From assembly GCF_018977255.1 (NCBI RefSeq), contig NW_024704742.1:89220001-89284000 (forward strand): DNA of 64,000 nt. Direction: 5' to 3'. Positions within the stretch are counted from its first letter, which is position 1. Every line of letters starts with the position of its first letter. The position numbers and the translations under genes were made by a program. The notes under the pieces are model-generated. The model did not search any database. It was given only the letters and a program-made list of their open reading frames with translations, and was not told where the DNA came from. Origin of the DNA: Callorhinchus milii (taxonomy: Eukaryota). Shown one piece after another: positions 24,351 through 38,076 of the stretch.

Positions 24351-25587
24351 GTTAGGTTTGGGCAATGGAACACATCACCATTCTCAGACCCTGTATCAAC
24401 ATCAATCACTCACTAGTCAGCCAGTGGATAGTGAGAAGCAGATTCTAGCCTCCTGCTCATTCTTTTCCTATGGAGATCTAAATATGTCTGATATAAGAGA
24501 AATATAAACACAAATTGCAGCTCAAGAAATCTTCTCACTGTGGTCCTAAAGATCAATAGTTAGCTTGTACCTAACTATGCAATATCCCTTTCTTGATTTT
24601 AATGGACGTAAAAAAACTGCAGCAGGGATTATACAGCTCCAACATGTACCATATTAGTCTAGTCAATGTCAACCACAAGGCAGATTTGTCCTGTGCCCAG
24701 AGCACCAGTGTCTTGGAATACCTACATGCATAATCCTCAGCTTGAATACTGCACAGTTGTGTAGGCTTTATTGTGTTTTATCCTATGTGAGTGTTAGTGC
24801 CTTTGCTTTCATACTTCTCTGTTCAATTCTCTTTGAACTTTAACCTAAACACCATTCTCCCAGCAGGTGTTACTTGAAGTTGCAGATATCACTTCCACTG
24901 TAGATGTTAAAGTGATCCACAATTCAGTTTCCCAGTTTGTAAGCACCTTAAATTCTTGTAGCACAACATGTGGTACTGAGGTGACCTGACGCCAATCCCC
25001 TTGGACAAAGGTCATCCATTTCATATCACCTGCTGAGACCTAAGTTAACACTGTTATTAAAGGTCTCTTTACTGATGCGACCTGTTTCCAAGCTAATCAG
25101 AGCATTCCGTAGGAGATAATAACAAAAGTCTTTGATGGCACATGCAACTTGGATAGAAAATGGTGATGTTAAGAGCACAAAAACCACAATGGGCTTCAGT
25201 TACCATTGCAAAGACCTGGTCAGGCAGTAACAGGTTTCAGGAGTTACAACGTAATAATAATGGGGAATTTCAATATCGCAGAGAGAAAGAGGACGGATGA
25301 AAAAAATCAGGCTTTTATCAAGTTGTTGAAACAAATCAAAATACTTCAGAGGATTTACTATAAAAGCACAGTGACTGTGAATGTTGTAGTCAAGATCAGC
25401 AGTCAATTTTCACACAATAATGAGGTGTGCCATGAAACAGTAATGACCAAGTGAATGACTAATTTTATCTGGTGGATTGGTTGCCAAGATGCTGGGAGAA
25501 CCCCCTTTTTCTTTTTGGGGTAATTGATAGGGAGAGACAGAAAACATGGGGGGGGAGGGGAAGGGAAAGAAATGGGACGGGCAGATA

Positions 25588-25895
25588 ATAATAGAAATGA
25601 TAATAACCATTACATTTGATATACCTCCTTATCACATTGTTGAAGCGTCTCAAAGCGCTTCACTGAATATATTGTAAAGTGAATTGACTGTATTTTGTGG
25701 GAGAAACACAGCAGCCAATTGCACACAGCAGTGTCTCACAAACAGTCGTGAATTGACTGACCAACTGTTTTTTGGAGAGATTATTACTTCCTGAAAGCGA
25801 TCCGCCAATTGATTAAAAAGCAGATTCCTACCTACTGCGAGGTGAACAGAGGTGTGTGAAATAAGGAAACTTACCTAAGGCCTCGCCCTGGCAGG
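25588..25895 (-). mobile_element. SINE-A long subfamily, 5'-truncated
   Basis: Tail, Deu part and GCGATCCGCCAATTG segment are present. Confidence 0.85.
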
Positions 25896-25990
25896 AGGCA
25901 GAGAGAAAGAGGGAGAGAAGTAGCAATGAGGGAGAGAATTAATAAGAGAGGAAGAGAGGGGAGAAGCACAAGAAATTGAATAGAAATGAT

Positions 25991-26385
25991 CAACAACAAC
26001 AACTTGCATTTATATAAGGTCCTTTATGTCAATCAGTAACTCGGAGTGCTACACAGTGGTGGAGCTCAACACCAAGCTGGGGTCGGGAGGAAGTGACCAT
26101 GAGCACAGATGAAGAGGAAGGTCTTCAGCCCTGATCTAAAAGAGGGGAACTAGGGGGCAAGGCAGTGGGATTGGGGGATAGGAGTTCTAAAGCTTCAGAG
26201 CATAGTGGCTCAAATGCGACTGCCGAACGTGGAGCAGAGGGGACAAGGGACAAGCAGGAGGGCAGAGACACCGAGCGGAGGCAGCAGGTAGTGGGGTGGG
26301 GAGAAAGCAGGTCAGAAAGGTAGGGAGATGCCAGGACGTGAAGGGATTTGTGGATGAATGAGAGGATCTTGAAATTGAGTGACTG
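25991..26385 (-). mobile_element. L2 3' fragment
   Basis: (CAA)n tail; peptide LNFKILSFIHKSLHVLASPYLSDLL. Confidence 0.8.
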
Positions 26386-27026
26386 TTTCAAAGCATACCT
26401 CATGAAATAGGACATGGGGTGAAAGCAGCGCCAGATTTAGCATTTAGCAGCCTGATCTTCAGAAGTATAGTCTAGAGATCAGGTGAGTGAATTAGGAAAC
26501 GCCCAATCTGTTGAATGAACTATTCACAAGTTCCAGATTCAGTCAAACTAACCTGTAAATCTAAGCCATGGAGATTACAGTAAAGCAATGTGTCACAGTG
26601 AAATCCAATAAATTACATATCCACAGGAATCAGGTGAAATGTAGCCTAGATTCCTCAGGGAAATCAGTGAAGAAATAGGCGAGACCACGGTTAATATTTT
26701 TAGGAGTTCCATATACGCTGGATTGTAACTGAGGACTGGAGGATAGATAATGAAATCCCAATATTCAAATAAAAAGTGAGCGAGACATGAATCAAGGAAC
26801 TAGAGACCATTTTGGTTACCATCAGCACGGAATTCATTATGCAGCTCTCAATGTTCATCCGAAAAGCACTTGGTGACGAGGGGATTGGAGGATTAGGCTT
26901 TGGCTCATGAATCCACTGGAAGTATTTTTATTAGGTAACTAACATTCAGGTTTCAAGGATCGATTACAGTGTATAATTTGCATCATTTTGAAAGGTATTG
27001 GGTAATTTACCGCACGTAAAGCATTT

Positions 27027-27775
27027 GTCAGCCTGGCTCAGTTGTCATGACTAGGCTGACACTCCAGTGTAGCAGTACAGTGACAGGGGAGTCCTGCATT
27101 GTCGGTAATATCTTTCTTTAGATGAGACATTAAACCAAGGTCCCATCAGACTGTGGACTGTTAAAGATTCCATGGGACTATTTGAAAAGAGAAGAGTTTC
27201 TCCTGGTGGTCTGGACATCGAAATCCCCCATATAAAATTGGTCACTCACTTCATGGTTATCTGTAAGACATTGCTGTGTTTATCGGCTGCCGTTTTCACC
27301 AAAAAATATTAATAATAATCCTTGTATTTGATACAGTGCCTTATCACATCTTTGTCGAAAAGCGCTTCACACTGTAAAGTGAATTGACTGTATATTTTGT
27401 TGTCGAAATGTGGCAATCAATTGCACACTGCAATGTCCCATAAACAGTCATGGATTGAGTGACCAAATTATTATTATCTTTTTTGGATTATTAATCGACT
27501 AACAACTGGGTTCCTACTTACTATGTGTGTAAGGAAACTTGCCTAAGGTTTCACCCTGCCTGGAATTCGAAACCAGATCCTCTCGCTTGTGAGGCGAGTG
27601 CGCTAACCACAAAGCTACAGGACTTCACAAAAGGACTCAAAGGCGCTCTCCTGCCCTTCACACTGGATAGCAGTCACTGCACTTTGCAGTAAATTGTTTG
27701 AAGCCTTTTGAGCCATCCTTCTGACATGAAAGGTTCTGCATCAAATGCAAGTATTATTATTATTATATGTTATTA
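27027..27775 (+). mobile_element. DeuSINE interrupted by SINE-A
   Basis: The Deu core runs to about 27310 and resumes near 27670 (CAGTCACTGCACTT...) to the tail. Confidence 0.8.
27311..27626 (-). mobile_element. SINE-A nested in a DeuSINE
   Basis: Tail through to the tRNA head (...AAGCTACAGGACTTC). Confidence 0.85.
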
Positions 27776-27785
27776 CAGTTTAAAT

Positions 27786-28400
27786 CAACAACAACAACTA
27801 AATTACATGTGTATAGCGCCTTTCACGTCGGGAGGATGTCCCAAGGTACTGGACAGTCAGTGTTTCAGACTGGAGGTCTGGACTGGGGAGGGTGGAGGGC
27901 AGCGGGGGAATCAGGGAGATCAAAAGCACGATTGAAGAGGAGGGGCTTGAGATGGCTCTTGAAGGAGGCATGGGAGGGGGCAACGCGGAGGGACTGCGGG
28001 ATGGGGTTCCAGAGGGTGAGGGCAGAATGGCAGAAGGCCCGCCCAATGATGGGGCCAGCAAGGCGGGGGACGTAAAGCAGGCCAGAGCCCACTGAGCGGA
28101 GGGAGCGGGCAGGATGGTATGGGGTTAGGAGGTAGGGGGGAGCAAGGCCATGGGGGGCTTTGAAGGTGAGGACTTGGAAGTATATCCTCTGTGTGATGGG
28201 AAGCCAGTGGAGTTGGGCGAGGATGGGGGTGATAGGGTCATGGAGCCTGGTGTGGGAGAGGACATAGGCTGCAGAGTTCTGAATAATCTGGATGAGCATA
28301 TAGATATTGAGGAGGAGGGAACCAAGGACAGAGCCCTGAGGAACGCCACACGAGACCATGCGGGGGCTTGAGGAGAAACCGTTTGTGGAGATGAAATCAC
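27786..28400 (-). mobile_element. L2 fragment with internal deletion
   Basis: RT motif CGVPQGSVLG..LLLNIYML is fused directly to IQIIQNSAA...HWLPITQRI; the tail is present. Confidence 0.9.
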
Positions 28401-29094
28401 TCTGTAGAAGTAATTTTTAAATAAATTTCAGTGAAGGGTCAGCCAGACCAATAACACTGTCACTTGATATGTGAATGGATCATAATATATTTGAGCTTCC
28501 TAAAATAGCTGCTATTTTGATGGAACCTCACGTTTAACTTTTGCTAACAGGTTCGAAATTTAATAAGACAGTAGATCGGCAAGTAGTAACCAATTGTATC
28601 TGACTAATTGGCAAAATTGATGATCTAATTGAAGAGATTGTGCGAAAGAAAAGCCAAATGAGCTATTTATCAAATAATAATAATTACTATAATTATAATT
28701 ATTTGAGAAACCAGTTAGTTATTACCCAGATGATACTGAAGAGAGAACTTGAGCCACTGGTTATTTAGAATCCATTGATGTTGCCAAATTGTGCATTTGG
28801 AAGTGTTAGAGCATGCAAAGGGATACAGATAAATTACTTGCATGAACTAAGGAATGCAAGGTGGGATTTACAATAAGCTTCCCTGGAACATAGGATGTTA
28901 ACATTGAGCACTCTTTGTGAAGAAATCTATTATATTGGTCAATTGCCAGGAATAGTTTGAAATAGTTTACTTCAAAGTACTGTCTACTGGTGTTCAAGTG
29001 CTCTGACACATTACTCAACATGAAGGGTGCTTATTAAAGCAAGTTGTTGTTGTTATCATGTTCTGAACCATTGTCTACTGTGTTGTACAGAAAT

Positions 29095-29320
29095 TTAAGC
29101 AGTAACACGAAGCCCTAAATCTCTGTAACTCCTTGCCTCAATCATTCTATCTTGCCGCCTTTTTGCCCATCTTCAAAGGACACCTGTAGACTTTCTTCTT
29201 CAACCGTGCCTTTGGTCACATCCCCTTCCTTTCCAGCTTGGAGTCACACCACACTACTGTTAAGCATTCCGAAACACAACCCGCGTGAAGAGCACTATAT
29301 AAATGCAAGTTGTTGTTGTT
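29095..29320 (+). mobile_element. L2 3' end
   Basis: CTTCTTCAACCGTGCCTTTGGTCAC...GAGCACTATATAAATGCAAGTTGTTGTTG. Confidence 0.75.
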
Positions 29321-29673
29321 AAGTCTTTTGACCACTTGGATTTTCTTCCAAGTGAGCTTTGCATTTGTAGTGTGCCATTTCTTCTCTGACAAGTGTGTAC
29401 AAAACTGACCTAAAAGTGAAGTAACAATTGTTTTTTAAACAAGATAATTAATTTTATACATTGACGTGAGGCAAATATTTTACACAGTACCTCACTGGCA
29501 TTGTTGCTCCAGCTTGTAATCAAATTCAGCCCTAAATGATTTTGGATATGTTGCTAATTAATTTTTCATTTTCCCCAGTTTGACTTCAGGACATCATGTT
29601 TTATTAAATGTTGACATACTTTTCTCTATTTAGGAGGGGAAGCAGCACAAAAGTGGTAGCATTGACCCATTTA

Positions 29674-29995
29674 TAATAATAATAATAATAATAATGCTTG
29701 TATTTGGTAAAGTGCCTTATCATGTCATCAAGACATCTCAAAGTGCTGATAGGATGTACTGTAAAGTGTAGTGACTGTGTGTTGTATTGGCGAACACAGC
29801 AGCCAATTTGCACACAGCAATGAACAGCAATTAACAGCCATGAAGTGAATGACCATTTTTGTTTGGGTATTGTTGACCTGGATATTGGGAGAAACTCCCT
29901 TCTCTTTAGATAGGCAGACAGGACATCAGTTTGACGATTCACCCGCAGAATGGCATCGCTGACGATGCAGCACTGAGTGTCTGCATAGACTATAC
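29674..29995 (-). mobile_element. DeuSINE fragment
   Basis: Long (AAT)n tail followed by the reverse-complement Deu domain. Confidence 0.8.
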
Positions 29996-30825
29996 ATGTT
30001 GTGACAGTTCTCACCCCTTTGATGTACATGCACATTTTATTAACGCTTTCATACTAAGTGGGCTCTGCTTTTCTTCTAACCCTGTCGGTATGAGTCCCCA
30101 TTTCAAAGATGACTCAACCAAGTCAGATTCACACACAGACACAGAAAGTTATTCCCAGTTAACCCCAAAGTATTCCCAGGTAACTGGAATGTCTAATCGG
30201 AGTCTGCTCGCACAAGTAGGCCTCCAATGTTGACAACTACCCTCCAAAGTGCCAACTGTATAGTAGTCCTGTACACGTCAGTACGTACCAGATGACGACC
30301 ATTAGTTAGCGACCACGAAGAGCGCCAAGCATTGCTTTATATAGTCGAGTGGCCCTACCCGCCGAATGATGTGAATGCAAGGGGATTTTCCCACGCTAGT
30401 GCCCACATGTTATTTTACTCTGCAAGCTGCATGTTAGCCAACTGTCAATCAAGCAGCCCGGGATCTATGCCTTGTTGCAAACTGGTGTAGGAAGCTTGCA
30501 ACTGCAAGCAGCTTCTGCAACTGGGAATCTTACAGAACCCATTTAAAGGGGCAGACTTTCCCATTTCACATAAATCATATTATATAGTTATATATACATA
30601 TTATTTACACATTACAAAAGACTGCAAGAATACGATAACTGTGACAATATGGGTTCCAAGGCCTGATATGGGCTTGAACCTACAACCCTAACTCAGAGAT
30701 TCCTACCAACTGACACAACGTGACATATAGAAGTGCCACATAAACACAAATTATAATAATCCTATAATAATCTTTGCATTTCGTATTGCACTTGATCACA
30801 TTGGAAGGACTTTACAGAATTTACA

Positions 30826-31175
30826 GAGTCTTGTAGCTCAGTGGTTAGCGCACTCGTCTCGCAAGCAAGAGACCTGGATTCAATTCCCAGCAGGGCGACA
30901 CGTTGAGCAAGTTTCCTCTGTTTACTTAGCAGTAAATAGGTACCCGGTTGTTAGCCGATTGGTGGATCGCTTTTCCAGGGGTAATAATTCCTTCCAAAAA
31001 AAAATGAATTGGTTATTTAATCCATGACTGTTTGTGGGACACTGCTGTGGGAAATTGGCTGTGGCATCTCGCCCATAAAATATACAGTTAATTCACTTCA
31101 GTATTTTCTTTGAAGCTCTTTGAGACATCTTGAAGACGTGATAAGGCGCTATATCAAATGTAAGGATTATTATTA
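30826..31175 (+). mobile_element. Full-length SINE-A, long subfamily
   Basis: GAGTCTTGTAGCTCAGTGGTTAG head, CCTCTGTTTACTTAGCAGTAAATAGGTACC segment and (ATT)n tail. Confidence 0.9.
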
Positions 31176-31182
31176 TCATAAG

Positions 31183-31350
31183 TAGTGACTGTGTATGTAT
31201 ATGTGTAGGCAAATGTGACAGCAAAATTGTGCACAGTAATAGCCCACAAATAACCATGAAATGAATGACCAATTTTGGTTTATTTGGGGGGATTGTTGTC
31301 CATCAGACTGGATGGTACCTCTGACAATGCAACACCCCAGCACTGCATTG
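31183..31350 (-). mobile_element. DeuSINE fragment
   Basis: Reverse-complement Deu 3' domain abutting the preceding SINE tail. Confidence 0.7.
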
Positions 31351-31678
31351 AGACCATCATATAGTAGTGACACCAACTCTATTCTAACTTAGCATCCTTG
31401 CACTGTAATATTTACGACAGCTCCATTTTATATTGACAAGCTGCGGGATGCTTGCTAGATATTCCTGTCAATGGCAAGCTATGTGGTTTTAGCTGATTTA
31501 ACTCCACACTCTGCGGTCCCCAAGCCTTGGCTCTTGTCAATCTGCACCTAATGCTCTCCAGTATTAGGTAAACAAGGGGCATCTCATCAAAGAGAAAGAG
31601 AGTGTCCATTTAATTCCAACCATAGTAAAATTTCCATGTGTAGGTGGCATACAAACGTGGAATCCTCAGCTTGGTTTA

Positions 31679-32030
31679 AATAATAATAATAATCCTTGCA
31701 TTTGATATAGCACCTTATCACACCTGTGAGACATCTCAAAGCGTTTCACAAAACATACTGTAAAATGAATTGACTGTATATTTTGTGGGCGAAACGCGGC
31801 AGCCAATTGCGGACAGCAACGTCCCACAAACAGTCGTGGAGTGAGTGATCAATTTTATTTGATGGAATGTTGGCCAGCACACCGGGAGAAACTCCCTTCT
31901 CTTTTGAAGAGTGCCAATGAGATCTTTAACATCCACCTGAACAGGCAGATGAGACCCAGGTTTAATGTCTCGTCCGAAGAAAGGCACCTACGACATTACC
32001 ACAAACCGCCAGCACTGTATTGAAGTATCA
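31679..32030 (-). mobile_element. SINE with SINE-A-like 3' half and full Deu core
   Basis: The tail to CCCACAAACAGTCGTGGA matches SINE-A; it then continues as AGATCTTTAACATCCACCTGAACAGGCAGA (Deu core). Confidence 0.8.
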
Positions 32031-33004
32031 TCTTAACCAAATAATTCCAAGTCTGTTTTGAAACAGACTCAAATTGATACGATCTGATGGGGTGCCAATT
32101 CCAGCCATGTTTCCCCCTCCTTTAATGACCTTTCAACTTTGGATCACCCTTCCCCCACCTTCCTCCACTTCCCCTCCCTCCCCCAGCTCAGGCTCTGTGA
32201 GGTGCTCTTTCAGGATGCTTTGTGACGTCCTCCTGACATGAAAGTGCTAACATAAATGTAAACTTGTTGTTGTTGTATGTTCTATCTACCGCTGACTCTG
32301 TAAGTCAAACTGTGTAAGATAATGAGATCATGGGAACTTTATAAATGTCACAGATTCCATTCCACTCCCAAAACTAGTCTGTGATTGTATCTTAATGAAC
32401 AGTAATGAAAGCTACATAAATTGCAGCAGTTCCATACATAGCAGAATATACTCATATAATATATGCCTGGGAGTATTATGAATATTCATTAATAAAATAG
32501 CGTGGGAGTTATTAAGCTCTAATACTTACAGTGCACATCTGTAACATAGAAAAGGGCAGAAAACACTGTTCAGCTTGCTTTCGTCAGGCCACCACCTAAT
32601 AATTGGTTTAATTGTTGTTTTAGTCATTACGCAGTAATGCTTTGCTGCTAGCTGTGGTTAATTCAGTGTGGGAATCGGGAATTGTCTGTAATTATGTTAA
32701 AAATAGGGTTACAGTCAAAAGAACCATTCCACTGTAAGTGGTAAACATGGTGGTAAACATTGTCATCCCAATAAAATAGGACACAGGAAGCTTATTTTCC
32801 TTTCCTGATAAAGCAGTGTAAACAGTAGTATGTTTTTGTGCCTGTAGTTCATTGCTGGATGATTTCTTACACCCACGCTCCAATTAGTCAGACACACAGA
32901 ACTGCTTGCAATATCCAACTAATTTGCCAAGGTGGAGGCAGTGGTAGATATAGGGGACAACACTGTAGTATTCCAAAATGCATATCTTTCCTTAAATAGA
33001 TTAT

Positions 33005-33315
33005 TAGGCTGACTCAGATGATAGCTAACAATGTCTGCTACATTGCCGGAGGTGCCGTCCTTCGATAAGACGTTAAACCAAAGTCCTGTCTGTGCTTATT
33101 CAGATGTACTTTAAAGTTCCCATGGAAGTATTTAAATAGAGAAGGGAGTTTCTCTCGGCATCCTGGCCAATCGATCATTCAATCCATGACTGTTAGTAGG
33201 CTGCTGTATTTTGCCTCGAAGCCACAGTCACTCCACTTAATAGTAAGTAAATGCTGTGAAGTGCTTTCGTATGAAAGGTACTGTGTCAAATGCAAGGATT
33301 GTTTTTATTTTTTAT
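33005..33315 (+). mobile_element. DeuSINE
   Basis: GGAGGTGCCGTCCTTCGATAAGACGTTAAACC core and tail. Confidence 0.75.
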
Positions 33316-34169
33316 ATCATCGGGGCTTATTAAGAAATACTATTAAATGAAAACTCTCCTTAAGGACAAGTTTGGAGCTGAACAGCCTCCTGACTTTGGG
33401 AGAATGGTTTCTCTTCCAGGCTTCCTACAGTCGATCTGTCCAAGGAGACCAGCTTATCCTCCTTGAGATCCTCCTTGGAATTTCCATGTGTAGGTGGGAT
33501 GCATGGAAACCTCAGCTTGGTTTGGATACTCTTAAGCTTGGTGATAGGTAAGAGCAGACACCCGGCTGACTTAAAAAAGTCTATTTTTAAAAAATTTTGT
33601 GAGGCAGTAGCATTTTGCCTCCAACCTCACACAATGCTCCAATCTGACATTTCCTCTTCCATATCAGCTGTCTTTTTAGCTTTCCTGCCTTTTTTAATGT
33701 CAATTACGATCAGTTTTGACTATGGACACATACCATTTAGAAGCTGGGCTGAAATTATCTGAAACTTTCATCCCATTAGTTTAAAAATACATCCCATTAT
33801 ATCAAAGAAAAGCATTAAAATCCACTGTGAAACCTTGTCCCTTTGAGAATTCAAGCTTATTGATATTGACTAAATATATTTTTATAAAATAATGGATGAA
33901 TTGGAGTGATTTCAACCAAGTTCGTTTGATCACTAAAATATTTTTTGGCCCAGGCAGTCATCTGATTTTATAGTTAAGACAATTGTTCTAAGCTGCTCAA
34001 GTCACGTCCTTCTTATGGTTAATAGTGATTTCAGGCACTCAAGGAGGTATCACTCGAACCCACTATCTGGTGTCTACTATTCTTTGCTGATTCTGAATAT
34101 TTTCTTTGACAAGTTGCATGTCCTATGTATCAATTTGACTCGGTTACAAACACTAAACACCTCTCCTCC

Positions 34170-34460
34170 AATCGGGTTTCCGTGTTACTTACAGCACAGA
34201 AACAGTCCTGGTCAAAGTGACAAATGACATTCTGTTTTTACGTGACCCGGTTCCCTCTGCCTCTTCGTCCTCCTTGACCTCTCTGCTGCCTTCGACACCG
34301 TTGACTCCTCTATCCTCATCCACTGCCTCTCCACTCACCTCAACCTTCATAGCTCTGTCCTTGACCGGTTCAGATGGTACCTCTCACACCGCCTCCACTT
34401 CATCTCCACAAACGGCTCCTCCTCCAGCCCCCACACCGTCTCGTGCGGTGTTCCTCAGGT
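34170..34460 (+). mobile_element. L2 internal RT-region fragment
   Basis: Encodes HSTET.LVKVTNDIL, LLDLSAAFDTVD and CGVPQ motifs across frameshifts. Confidence 0.85.
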
Positions 34461-35940
34461 CTGATGTGATGAGGATCTTTTCAGCACAGAGTTATGTTTC
34501 TAACTGCCTTAGTATCTCACAGTTTTATAGAAGAGCAGGAACATGGGCAAGATATACGTAAACAGTCTGTGAAAATAATGCATTATCCCATTGTACTGGT
34601 TATTGCCTGACACAGGTCAGCAGTTCTTTTTCCTTCCTTATTTCATCTCCCGACTACCAGTCATTACGTTGACTGCTTCGTGTATCTCAAAAGGTGACTG
34701 AAATGCTTCTGGGAGAACTTATTGAATCACTTCCTCGAAAACAAACATAAATAGAAAGCCCATTCGGCTTTCCAGTTTGATACATGACTCTCAGACTCTC
34801 GATTATTCCACTCTGGATTTTTCTCTCATTGGTCTCATTTTTACAGCCTCTCAGCTGAAGACTGTGACGTCCTTTTTGCAGTGAAAGGAGAACCCCACCT
34901 GAATTACAATGATGGAGGAGCCTAAGACTGAGGCCAGGTTTTCTTTGTGATCAGTTATGCAAGGGGGCTGTTGCCAGAAATGACATACAGTTCAACAGCT
35001 CTGTTGCCTGTTAGCTCCTCTCAGGTAATCATGTGTTGCACACTTTATTGGTGGCTTTCGGCTGGAACAATCTATTGGCTTGAGATAACACCACCAGGAA
35101 CTAACAGAGCACACGTGTGTATATCAAGAAATATAACTGGATGGTCCCCTCCTCCCTCTGCCTAACTGGATTTAATGATTTATAAAAGCATTGTGAGGAT
35201 AGTTGAAGGTACATAGCTCAATTGTGATAATGTAATCTCCTGGCTCTCTCTTGCCCTTCAGAACTGCTCAGTGGCACCTAGCAGTTCTACAGTGCAGGAG
35301 AAAACCTTGACACTGTACAAAATGGAAAAGCTATACTGTATTGCAATTCCTCACCCCAGTGCTAAGAGTACTGCATCTGTTGCAAGAATTTATAGCCCAT
35401 GCAGTACATCAGCAGATTTTCCTTCCTCTCATTCTTACATTCTCTTCCGTTGTTTTATGATGCTTTGCATATCATTTCAAAGGTCAATCTATTCATTGTA
35501 GGTCAATCTATTATCTGCTGAAAATGAAAACAACTTCTAAGTTAATACAGTAAACCAAAAAATTCCTAAAGTGAAAGACGCAATGTTTCATAACAGATTC
35601 AACGGGACTTTATCATCGGGAATGTGCAAAGGAACAGTAGAATTTCAGTCTTGGTCAAATCTAAAGATATCTGTGCTCTCAATAGTGATAAAAAATGTGT
35701 TTGTACTGCTAAAACTCAACCTACATAATACACAATCACTACACATACAGTAATTCTTATGAGTTATTTTTTAAATTAGAATTTGGCACCTTGTTGAATT
35801 CAGCCTTAACTTTGACGTTGCTTCTCTGTCACTCTTAAAATAAACTTACAGAAAACTGGCTTTGAAATCAACGCTGTATTTAAGAATTTGCTAAATTCCA
35901 GACACTCTAAAATGCTGTGTTAATAAAGTAAATCTAGACA

Positions 35941-36207
35941 CAGGTGGAATTTTCCCCCAATAGTGTCCCCTAAACAGCATTCAAATGTTGCCTTTGGGTA
36001 AAAAAAAGGGTGATTTTGGTTTACTATCATGAAGCTCAGTGTGTCCTCTCCTGTGAAATACTTCCCTAAACGTCCCACAGTCCACCTCCCAACCAAAGCC
36101 ATAACTACACCTTTCCAGTTTCAGCCACCCAATGTAGAAATCAGAGAGCACCAAAAAAAAACAAGGCCAATTTAGGGGGATTAAAGTCATCATGGAAAAT
36201 TCCTCCA
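35941..36207. mobile_element. Putative degenerate MITE
   Basis: Inverted ends GTGGAATTTTCC and GGAAAATTCCTC, plus an internal pair TCCCCTAAA and TTTAGGGGGA. Confidence 0.4.
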
Positions 36208-38076
36208 AGTCCTTGAGTGAGTCAGCTATGGAATAAATGACCAATTAAGATTTTAGTCTCCGCTCACCACTTCCTGCATTAAAATAAACCAGTGCTTCAG
36301 ATTCACAATGGTATCTCTCTGGTCTGCAAGTCTGGGAATAAAACACAGTGCAGAGGTGAGGCCTGACCAATGTGAGAGTGTACCAGCCCTACGCCCTGTC
36401 TCACCACGATTAGCAATGAGGCACATTTCTGCTCCCTGTCCATAGCTGTTGATCCAATCGTCTCCCCAAAATCTGCCTACGCTTCATTGAACAGAATGAG
36501 TGAATACTATTTTCAAAGACAGTACCTCCTGCTCCAAATGTTCAACAACAACAAAATTAAAATTAAAACATGATGAAGGTATACAGGTATCATAGTATAA
36601 ACTGTGTGAAGTGCTTCCTCACGTACAGACCGAAGTGACTCTTTCACAGTTTGAATGCATGACCTCTAATCCCGGGACAGGTGTTTGGTGCCCAGAACAG
36701 GAGACTAGAGAGTGAATTGTGAACCTCAAGCACTAGTTTATTTTAAGGTTGAACATTGTGAGTGGAGACCACAAATCAAAATAATGTCCAGTAATACCTA
36801 GGGAATGGGTTGACTACCCATTCCACAACCACGGTATCCTTTTGTAGACCCAAACCATTATGTTATAACAGGGCCCAACTGTAACTTGATTTAAAATTGA
36901 GGCATCCAGACAAATACAGACAGGCAGACATGGCAGAGCAGACTTCATGGGTCCAGAAGCCTATTTCTGCTTTGACATTCCTGAGGGAGAATTTATGTTT
37001 CCCATTGGGAATAGTTACAGACACAATCAATATGAACCACTGGAGTGGTGAGTTATTTCAAGCCTCACTGGAGGTTCAGCAGAACTACAAAAAGCTTTCT
37101 TTCTCATTCACAATTGTTAATATAGTTAAGTTCCATTTAATTGCACAAGAGACATCAAGTGGGCCTGAAGACTGCCCTGTCCACATGACCCATGTATGGT
37201 GTGCTCCTCTGGGCTCTGAGAGTCATACGTGTGATGGCATAAGCCCTTAAATCTGGTTCATATTATACGAAAAACGTAGCTAGAGACACAGTGGGGCGCA
37301 GAATGTCTTGACAACATCAAGTCTGTGACCTGCGTGAGATTGGAAATGGAGGGAAAAGGTATCAAGTGATACATTGGAAAGTGGAAGAGTTAGAAAAATA
37401 TGAAAGGAGGGGGTTTGTTGAATTTGGGGTCGCTCTTCGTCTTTAGTGTCATCAAGGAGGTCCGTGCCTGACCTGAGAGCCTTTCAGGTCAAGATTGTTT
37501 TTTTTTGTCTACTAACTGGGTAAAGCTGCTAGTGTCATAGTTATAGTGTCAGGGTTTTTCTATTTATTAACGTTGCAACATTGCCTTGTTCTGGGTAGTG
37601 TAAGTGAGCATAGAGTTTTAAGGACCAATAAAACTGATGAGTTTTCTATACAGTGCATTTCGAGTCTCCATTCAATTCAAGGAGGGAGGGAGAGACACAA
37701 ACAGGTTCCCGCAGAATTCAGCTGTTTGGTAGTGCGATGTACACTGATTGAACCATCCCATTGTTGTGCTATAAGGCTTTGGGATTACCTGTCGTAGTGT
37801 TAATTTTCATTCACTCAGAGAGGGAACTTGCACGACACAGCGAAGGAGCTACACAGAGACCACCTAGTACACCATACACTTTACTTAAATGCAATTATAC
37901 GTTTAGGGGGTGAGAACCGTCACAGACCCACTATGTAAGGCTGATTAATCACTAAGTGGCTATGTGACACTGTTGTATGAAAATTGGCTACTGCATTTGC
38001 CTACAAAAAACAGTCACTGTACCTAACAGAAACTTTGTGAAGCACTTTAAGACATTCTCAATGTTATAAATAATAT

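Noticed and set aside
34848..34938. Strong + strand acceptor (TTTTTACAG) with a possible exon
   Set aside because: All three frames hit stops before a weak donor; no recognisable peptide.
36267..36274. Minus-strand 6-nt microexon-like pattern (CAG|GAAGTG|GTGAGC)
   Set aside because: Weak pyrimidine tract; expected by chance in 64 kb.
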